A model generated the notes under the pieces. It was not told the DNA's origin and did not search any database. It saw only the letters and a program-made list of their open reading frames with translations. Positions 58,438 to 64,000 of a stretch of 64,000 nucleotides of DNA are shown here, piece by piece. Both the position numbers and the translations under genes were made by a program. Every line of letters begins with the position of its first letter. Position 1 is the first letter of the stretch. Source of the stretch: a virus (taxonomy: Duplodnaviria > Caudoviricetes). The stretch is from the IMG/VR virus record IMGVR_UViG_3300028886_000045; one strand, given 5' to 3'.

Positions 58438-58474
58438 ACTTCTAATACTTAAAAGGTTTAACTTATTATACTTG

Positions 58475-58618
58475 TTACTTCTTATTATCGAAATTCGTTG
58501 TTACAACCACATTCGGCAATAGTCTTTGCATATCATCCGCATACATTCTTGCCTCACGCTTTGTACGAAATCCCCTATGGAGGTTTCCGTTAAAGAATAC
58601 TACATATCCTTTTTTCAT
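58475..58618 (-). CDS. Small hypothetical protein (47 aa)
   Basis: Hand-translated MKKGYVVFFNG...GFRTKREARMYA. Confidence 0.6.
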   Translation of the reverse strand: MKKGYVVFFNGNLHRGFRTKREARMYADDMQRLLPNVVVTTNFDNKK

Positions 58619-58631
58619 ATTTGCGCCCTCC

Positions 58632-58841
58632 TTACTTATTTGCCCTAACGCAATTATTATACATTATCTGCAAGGCTTGTTTGCGTGTGTAACCGCAACT
58701 TGACCCCTTCAACGTGTCCCATAGTTGGCTATCATGCTCGGTATATGATATATATCTGTTACGATATTCTACGACCACATGGTAACTACCATAACCCTTC
58801 CAACTTACTGAAACCTTGTTTTCTAATTGTGCTAAAGTCAT
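58632..58841 (-). CDS. Hypothetical early protein
   Basis: First gene after leader copy 6. Confidence 0.75.
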   Translation of the reverse strand: MTLAQLENKVSVSWKGYGSYHVVVEYRNRYISYTEHDSQLWDTLKGSSCGYTRKQALQIMYNNCVRANK

Positions 58842-58919
58842 ATCCTTTGTGGCTTTGTTATTCTCTTAGCCGTGAGTTCTAATTGATTAACTTTGTTTCT
58901 TAATTACGATGCAAAGGTA
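58842..58919 (-). promoter_or_regulatory. Conserved early leader copy 6 (pseudoknot 58851-58877)
   Basis: ACUC-AC-GGCU-AA-GAG-AAUAACAA-AGCC, 9 nt before AUG. Confidence 0.8.
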
Positions 58920-58974
58920 CAAAAAATATTTGTAATATGCAAATTTTTTGCCAACTTTTTTTCAAACTTTTTTC

Positions 58975-59012
58975 AAAAAAAATTGGTACGCTATCCTCAC
59001 GGACAACGTACC
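58975..59012 (-). terminator. Terminator (GUGA tetraloop)
   Basis: GGTACGTTGTCC-GTGA-GGATAGCGTACC followed by T-tract. Confidence 0.65.
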
Positions 59013-59135
59013 CAAACTCATAAGATGAATAATATCACACTATATCAGTAATTTCTTATATTCCTTACCTTTTTGGTAAAAAGGACGCATCCATGTTTCA
59101 GAATGCGCCCCTAACAAGTATAATGAAGAGAACAC

Positions 59136-59291
59136 CTATAACGAAACCTTAACGAAAACATCATTTCCGATATTTTCAATAGCATCAATCCTTGCTATTC
59201 GCTTGGATTCGCCAACTGTTACATATAGCCGACCGCCTTTTATCGGTTTAAGAAACTCCTTCAGTTCGCTAACCTTATAGTACGGATTCAT
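59136..59291 (-). CDS. Small hypothetical protein (51 aa)
   Basis: Hand-translated MNPYYKVSELKEFLK... Confidence 0.55.
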   Translation of the reverse strand: MNPYYKVSELKEFLKPIKGGRLYVTVGESKRIARIDAIENIGNDVFVKVSL

Positions 59292-59583
59292 TGCTTTTCT
59301 GCTTTTTGTTGTTGAACAACGCTTTTGGGTAAGTCCAACCGATTATCTCGTTTTGCTTTGCATAAGCCTCGTATGCGCTTGTTGGTATGGTCTTTATGCG
59401 TGGCTCATACTTTGTCTTTATCGCAATTACGATTGTCTTTGTCTTTGCGGTTTGTGGCTCGGTCTTCTGCCATACGCAACTTCTCGCTGTCTTTGTGGCA
59501 TAGACAAAAGCATCTTCCATTTCTTCGATTGTGTAACTTTCCTTTTTCTTATCCTTGATATATTCGTAAAATCTTTTGTTCAT
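59275..59583 (-). CDS. Hypothetical protein (DUF551-like), paralog of 24682-25008
   Basis: EY...K..Y..E....AF...VWQ...IIGWT. Confidence 0.7.
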   Translation of the reverse strand: MNKRFYEYIKDKKKESYTIEEMEDAFVYATKTARSCVWQKTEPQTAKTKTIVIAIKTKYEPRIKTIPTSAYEAYAKQNEIIGWTYPKALFNNKKQKSNESVL

Positions 59584-59714
59584 TTTCCTTTTCCTTTCTT
59601 AATTTCTTTATGAATGTTATTCAACTTATCCGCAATTTCTTCAAGCGCATTGCGTATTTCCTTTAGAACAAATACCATACTTATAATGGCACTACACAAA
59701 ATTACCTCAAACAT
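59580..59714 (-). CDS. Small membrane-anchored protein
   Basis: MFEVILCSAIISMVFVLKEIRN...; internal ATG of ORF 59580-59792. Confidence 0.55.
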   Translation of the reverse strand: MFEVILCSAIISMVFVLKEIRNALEEIADKLNNIHKEIKKGKGK

Positions 59715-59960
59715 TGCGGTGTCTTTTTTTCTATTTTCTTTGGTGTGGTGGGCAGTTTGGATGCCTACTACCGTACCGCCCACCGTGACCAAATACCTAA
59801 AAGTGATAATATGAAATTTCCTACTTGAAAATTGCCAAAGAAAACCACATTATGCCTATCATTACAATAGAATAGCAAACTGCGATAACGTCTTCTTTAT
59901 CGGCATTCTTTATGTCGTTTATTATATCCTTCATAACTTTACGCTTTTATCGGTTAGTAA

Positions 59961-60173
59961 TTACTGAAATGCTACCATTTCGTTAGCCAATCCAATCCAT
60001 TTCTCCGCTTTCTTTCCGAAAACTGACAACTGATTAGCGATGTCCTTTAAGTCGTTCTTCTGAACCTTGCTTAATGGCTTGCTAACCATATTGCTTAGAT
60101 GAAAGTAATAGTCGATTGCATCAACTAAACCATTAAAGCGTGACTCTGCGATTTGCTTTAAGTTCTGTTTCAT
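59961..60173 (-). CDS. Hypothetical early protein
   Basis: First gene after leader copy 7. Confidence 0.7.
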   Translation of the reverse strand: MKQNLKQIAESRFNGLVDAIDYYFHLSNMVSKPLSKVQKNDLKDIANQLSVFGKKAEKWIGLANEMVAFQ

Positions 60174-60248
60174 TCTTGTTAATGGTCTTTTTATTCTCTT
60201 AACCTTGAGTTCTAAATTGTTTTGTTTCTTAATTACAATGCAAAGGTA
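60174..60248 (-). promoter_or_regulatory. Conserved early leader copy 7 (pseudoknot 60184-60210)
   Basis: ACUC-AA-GGUU-AA-GAG-AAUAAAAA-GACC, 10 nt before AUG. Confidence 0.78.
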
Positions 60249-60431
60249 ATAATATTTTTTGAACTATGCAAATATTTTACTAACTTTTTTCGTAAAAATA
60301 CCAACTTTTTAACATTTTGCCATGTGGACTTTACAAAATTGCATGGTATAATAAATATTATACATTATTATATATAAATATTTGCCTATTCAGATTATTT
60401 ATTGTAACTTTGCACATAAAAAGAAAACGCT

Positions 60432-60839
60432 ATGTATTGGAATGACATTTTAAGGAAATACAACCTTACGAAAAAGGAGGTTGCTGAAAGATTGGGGCAA
60501 AAACGTAGTAATATCTGTGCGCTTACATCCCCAAAGCATAACATTAAGTTGCAATCCGCTATGAATTTCTGCCGTGCCATTGGGTGCTCAATCAAGGAGG
60601 TGTTGTTTGGTGAGGATTATCTTACGTTCCATATCTTCGTCAATAACGACTACTACTTTGCGACATCCTACAATGACTTGGTAGAACTATTAGACTATTT
60701 GCCTATTTCCAATTTCACACGCTTGCACCTATGCTATGAGGAAAAGCATTACTATGACACGAAACTTGCAATATTGGAAATCGCAAAGAACTTGGATGAG
60801 GCTAACAAATCCTTTGATTTCGACATCAAAGACGATTAA
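60432..60839 (+). CDS. XRE-family HTH regulator
   Basis: LTKKEVAERLG...NIKLQSA..FCRAIGCSI.EV; TAACTTTG box at 60405-60412. Confidence 0.85.
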   Translation: MYWNDILRKYNLTKKEVAERLGQKRSNICALTSPKHNIKLQSAMNFCRAIGCSIKEVLFGEDYLTFHIFVNNDYYFATSYNDLVELLDYLPISNFTRLHLCYEEKHYYDTKLAILEIAKNLDEANKSFDFDIKDD

Positions 60840-60951
60840 AAGCGGAAAGCATTTCACAATGCCCTCCGCTTCCGTAAACATCAAATAACAAAATAACTAA
60901 TAACTAAAACCTAAAACCTAATTCTATGATACATTTATTCCACTTACTTTC

Positions 60952-61251
60952 CTATTCGTCTTTCCGCTTACGACCCTCCATGCGCCTTGCCATCATTTCC
61001 TTACCCGAAATCTTCTTTACCACGCTACCATAGCAAGTGTGTAACTTATCCTTTGCCATGATAACTAAATTTCTGTATGGTATTTCTTCAAACACTTCTT
61101 TGTACGACAGATGCAGAGATTCACAGAACGTAGCAATCTGCCCCATTAAGCACTCGTTACCGACTACTTTTGCTTTGCTATCACGCTCCGCACGTTCCTC
61201 GCTAAAAGGGATAGCCTTAAAAAATTTTCGGTACTTATTAACTTGATACAC
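60952..61251 (-). CDS. Tail assembly chaperone, downstream (-1) frame (gpT-like)
   Basis: Overlaps the gpG-like gene in the -1 frame; GQIATF.E.LHLSY.EV..EIPYRNL. Confidence 0.7.
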   Translation of the reverse strand: MYQVNKYRKFFKAIPFSEERAERDSKAKVVGNECLMGQIATFCESLHLSYKEVFEEIPYRNLVIMAKDKLHTCYGSVVKKISGKEMMARRMEGRKRKDE

Positions 61252-61544
61252 GTTTCCAAACCATCAACCACTTCGTTTACAGTACCATTCGATAGTTCGT
61301 CTGCCAAATCTTCGTTTCCTTGGATGAACCATGAAAGTGCCTTGCAAGCATCCATACTTTGCGACATCATTTTAAGCATATCGCCTATGGTCTTTTCACC
61401 CCCATACTTAGTAATGTAGTACCCCGCGCCTGCTATCTTCTTAATCGTAGGCGGTAAGACGAAATACGCCCTACCATTAACGACAACCGTTTCACCATCC
61501 AACCCTATCAAGGCAGATGATATAAGTCTTGCGCCATTTTCCAT
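61164..61544 (-). CDS. Tail assembly chaperone (gpG-like)
   Basis: Directly after the major tail gene; contains GAA AAT TTT TTA slippery run. Confidence 0.75.
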   Translation of the reverse strand: MENGARLISSALIGLDGETVVVNGRAYFVLPPTIKKIAGAGYYITKYGGEKTIGDMLKMMSQSMDACKALSWFIQGNEDLADELSNGTVNEVVDGLETCIKLISTENFLRLSLLARNVRSVIAKQK

Positions 61545-61571
61545 TTAGTCGTTTGTTGCTTTGATGTTAAG

Positions 61572-61603
61572 AAAAGGGGGAAAAGGATAAATCCCAATCC
61601 CCC
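61572..61603 (-). terminator. Terminator after major tail protein
   Basis: GGGGGATTGGGAT-TT-ATCCTTTTCCCCC-TTTT. Confidence 0.6.
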
Positions 61604-61631
61604 ACTTGGTTATTTACGTTTGTGTTGTTCC

Positions 61632-62195
61632 TTAACCGATATACTCATGCTCGACCCAAATCTCAGGTGACCATGACTCGCGGTTAGTGTTGCCACTATT
61701 AGAAGGCTCAAGTGCCGTTGCGACAACTGCCAAACCAATAGCACCATCAGTATTAGCCTCACGAACATTCACATTTGCCTTTGGAAGAACACAATAAATG
61801 TCATCCGTGGTAAGTGCAATCATGCACATATAAATGTTGTTTGGAATACCCCTTTGGCGTTTCCATGAGTGGTCTGTTGCAGTACCACCCAAAAGGTCTG
61901 CTTTGGTCTTGAAATCGTACTGACCGATAGTAAATGCAAAGGTGACATCACCCATGACTTTCTTACCCATACGATAAACCGAACCCGAAAGTTGATTCTT
62001 GTAAGAATCCTGTGAAGACTCAGCCTCCTCAATCGCCCATGTGTCTTGGTGGATATTCTTCACCTCAACACATCCCTCTTGTGCGATAAGTGCTTGAATC
62101 TTAGCATTATCAACTGGCTCGACTGTTACGCTTGCAGCAGGAATGTACCAAAGTTGCTTGATGTCTATTGCAGAAAATTGCGTTTGCTGTGCCAT
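61632..62195 (-). CDS. Major tail tube protein
   Basis: 187 aa, synteny; VKNIHQDTW.IEE, FTIGQYD, LLGG. Confidence 0.75.
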   Translation of the reverse strand: MAQQTQFSAIDIKQLWYIPAASVTVEPVDNAKIQALIAQEGCVEVKNIHQDTWAIEEAESSQDSYKNQLSGSVYRMGKKVMGDVTFAFTIGQYDFKTKADLLGGTATDHSWKRQRGIPNNIYMCMIALTTDDIYCVLPKANVNVREANTDGAIGLAVVATALEPSNSGNTNRESWSPEIWVEHEYIG

Positions 62196-62201
62196 AATAT
62201 T

Positions 62202-62591
62202 TTATACGTTTAATATTTCAAATAATACTTTTAGATTCACGAAATAATAGCGCAAATCCCTTTCTTCTTCTTCGCCAACCGACATTTTCTTAAATCGGTA
62301 TCTTTCGCCTTCAGCCGTTCCACACCCACTATACAAAGGCTTTAACATTGTTTGCGCCACCTTTAGCCTTATGCCGTCCTTTTCATCGGCACGGTTCGGT
62401 ACGCAATAGTTAATCTCACACATTGAACGATTCCAATACTTACCGCTCTCGATTCTTCGTGTGATAACAACCACCCTTTCGGTATCAATCTCACCTTCGG
62501 GTTCATTGCCCTTTAGATAGATAGGAACATCAGTAAAGACTTCCGCGCACTTGTCAAATAGTATTTCACCAATAGTTTCTTGTGTAATCAT
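62202..62591 (-). CDS. Tail terminator-like protein
   Basis: Synteny directly before the tail tube gene. Confidence 0.6.
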   Translation of the reverse strand: MITQETIGEILFDKCAEVFTDVPIYLKGNEPEGEIDTERVVVITRRIESGKYWNRSMCEINYCVPNRADEKDGIRLKVAQTMLKPLYSGCGTAEGERYRFKKMSVGEEEERDLRYYFVNLKVLFEILNV

Positions 62592-62872
62592 TTCAGTAAG
62601 TTCATAAGTTGCAGAAACGCGCCCGAAAGTACATCGTACCCCTTTGCTTCCACGTTAGACGCATATTCCGCATCGTTATACAAAACCAACCGCCTCGGTG
62701 TTGCGTGATACTTGTTACTACTTCTTAGGTTTCCCGTTCTATTTTGGTAGTCTCCGTATTGTTTCGCATAGTCTGTGGCTAATTCACCCGCCGCCTTGTA
62801 CATTTCCATGACATCAATAGGCGCACGCGCTAACTGCTTTTTGACATCCGATAAATCACACCTTATAGCCAT
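62588..62872 (-). CDS. HK97 gp10-like neck / tail-completion protein
   Basis: YQNRTGNLRSS...AEYASNVEAKGYDVL. Confidence 0.75.
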   Translation of the reverse strand: MAIRCDLSDVKKQLARAPIDVMEMYKAAGELATDYAKQYGDYQNRTGNLRSSNKYHATPRRLVLYNDAEYASNVEAKGYDVLSGAFLQLMNLLK

Positions 62873-63174
62873 ATTGTAGAATAATCCAAATAATTCAAGT
62901 GCGTTACGTTGAATACACGACCCTCTGCCCTATTAGGCTCAACTTTCACGAAATCACCAACCTTGACATTGACATCCCTATTCGCCACTATCTTATAATG
63001 CGGACGGTAAACCTTTCCGTTCTCATCGTGAAATTCTTGTATAGAATTATCGTCACAACGGCATTTTCCGATTTCAACCCACTCCTCTACCGATTCCGTG
63101 GGTCTGCCGTACTTATCCTTTCCAAGCGTTTCCGACTTCTTATATAATGTATGCGGTGTATAGTACATTACCAA
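62863..63174 (-). CDS. Head-tail adaptor / stopper
   Basis: DKYGRP...W..IG.CRCDDN; synteny. Confidence 0.65.
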   Translation of the reverse strand: MVMYYTPHTLYKKSETLGKDKYGRPTESVEEWVEIGKCRCDDNSIQEFHDENGKVYRPHYKIVANRDVNVKVGDFVKVEPNRAEGRVFNVTHLNYLDYSTIWL

Positions 63175-63503
63175 ATGTCAGTTTTGTCAATTATCGTAGA
63201 AATATTAAGCATAGCAAGGATTTCCTCGTTTGGCTCAACTCCGTATTTACGACAAAGCCACAAATACCACTTTGCCAATCCGTCCATATCCCACGATACA
63301 GAAAACCCCGATTCATTCACAGATTTAATTTTTGGCGAGAAAATCAAACCCTCGATAATAGGGATTATAGCCTTGTTTACTTCATCAACCTTAGACTTAA
63401 TATCCTCAGTCAAATCCAAACCCAAAGCCTCTATATCAGCGAAATCCGCGTCTGTGATATTGAACGCTTGCAACTTGGAACTTATGTATGCCTTAATCGT
63501 CAT
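63168..63503 (-). CDS. Head-tail connector
   Basis: SVNESGFSVSWD motif; synteny after capsid. Confidence 0.65.
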   Translation of the reverse strand: MTIKAYISSKLQAFNITDADFADIEALGLDLTEDIKSKVDEVNKAIIPIIEGLIFSPKIKSVNESGFSVSWDMDGLAKWYLWLCRKYGVEPNEEILAMLNISTIIDKTDIW

Positions 63504-63925
63504 TATGCGGTCTTTGTTGTTGCTTTTCTTCCACGCTTAGGTGTTTCAGCCTTTTCAGCCTTTTCTGTTGCATCCTCTGCCTTTTCAGCCTCGTTTGCAT
63601 TTTCGGCTACATTCTCAGCCTTTTCTGCTTCATTCGCATTATCGGCTTCGTCTGCGTCCTTTTCAGCCTCCTTGGTTTCATTCTCATTCGCGCTGTCTGT
63701 GGGAACTTCATTACCATTGTCTTGTGGATTTGGTACTACACCTTGCGATGTAGTACCTTCATCCTCTGACTTTGCTTTCTGTTCCACACTTTCCACCGCC
63801 TCCGCCAACTTACGCGCTACCAAAGAATTAGCACGCGCTTCGTCAAAATCAGCGATTTCACCCACCGCGAAAATGTGTGCGTAATTATCCTTATCGTGGA
63901 ATTGTGTTAGAACTTTTACTTTCAT
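63503..63925 (-). CDS. Small head-associated protein with acidic low-complexity tail
   Basis: F.DK......VGE...F...RA..L; AEKAE repeats; KRGRK end. Confidence 0.65.
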   Translation of the reverse strand: MKVKVLTQFHDKDNYAHIFAVGEIADFDEARANSLVARKLAEAVESVEQKAKSEDEGTTSQGVVPNPQDNGNEVPTDSANENETKEAEKDADEADNANEAEKAENVAENANEAEKAEDATEKAEKAETPKRGRKATTKTA

Positions 63926-63937
63926 ACCTTTCGATGT

Positions 63938-64000
63938 TTAGGCTTGTACTTGTGTTGAATCAAGTGTGTAGATACGATCTACGTTGTTGATAACTGGCAG
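63938..64000 (-). CDS. Major capsid protein, C-terminal 20 aa (partial)
   Basis: LPVINNVDRIYTLDSTQVQA*, gpE-like capsid end; synteny. Confidence 0.65.
   Translation of the reverse strand: MPVINNVDRIYTLDSTQVQA

Noticed and set aside
6126-60248. Leader repeats as a CRISPR array, preQ1-I riboswitch or ribozyme
   Set aside because: Copies are dispersed, not spaced arrays; they lack the preQ1 loop consensus and queuosine gene context; too small for the nested double pseudoknot of HDV-like ribozymes
1-64000. Stop-codon reassignment as in some gut phages
   Set aside because: Genes pack tightly with TAA, TAG and TGA all used as stops; long structural ORFs are uninterrupted

Overview
About 64 kb of a temperate, siphovirus-type phage genome with a Bacteroidota host. 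The host call rests on TAnnTTTG -7 promoter boxes and on Bacteroidota-type integrase and tail genes. Nearly all genes are on the minus strand. In transcription order (right to left) the window holds: the end of the major capsid gene, neck and head-tail genes, major tail protein, tail chaperones with a -1 slippery site, an accessory island, tape measure, two Dit-like genes, a second island, a 2534-aa tail protein, adhesin-like tail genes (beta-helix, CotH-like plus LRR, BspA LRR), a holin, early genes, attP (3' half of tRNA-Gly-CCC) with a tyrosine integrase, a wHTH protein, a CI-like repressor, Erf/exonuclease/SSB, a DNA-modification cluster, replication genes, ACP, HU and dUTPase. Two signals stand out. 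(1) Six adjacent DNA-modifying enzymes (2 Mom-like, 4 beta-class amino-methyltransferases) all end in a beta-clamp-binding-type pentapeptide (QLSLF or variants), which suggests replisome-tethered DNA modification. A tRNA-minihelix-like element lies just upstream of this cluster. (2) Seven dispersed early-gene leaders share a promoter plus a small H-type RNA pseudoknot with compensatory base changes, ending 9-10 nt before the AUG. Family assignments come from motif recognition by eye, not from database searches.
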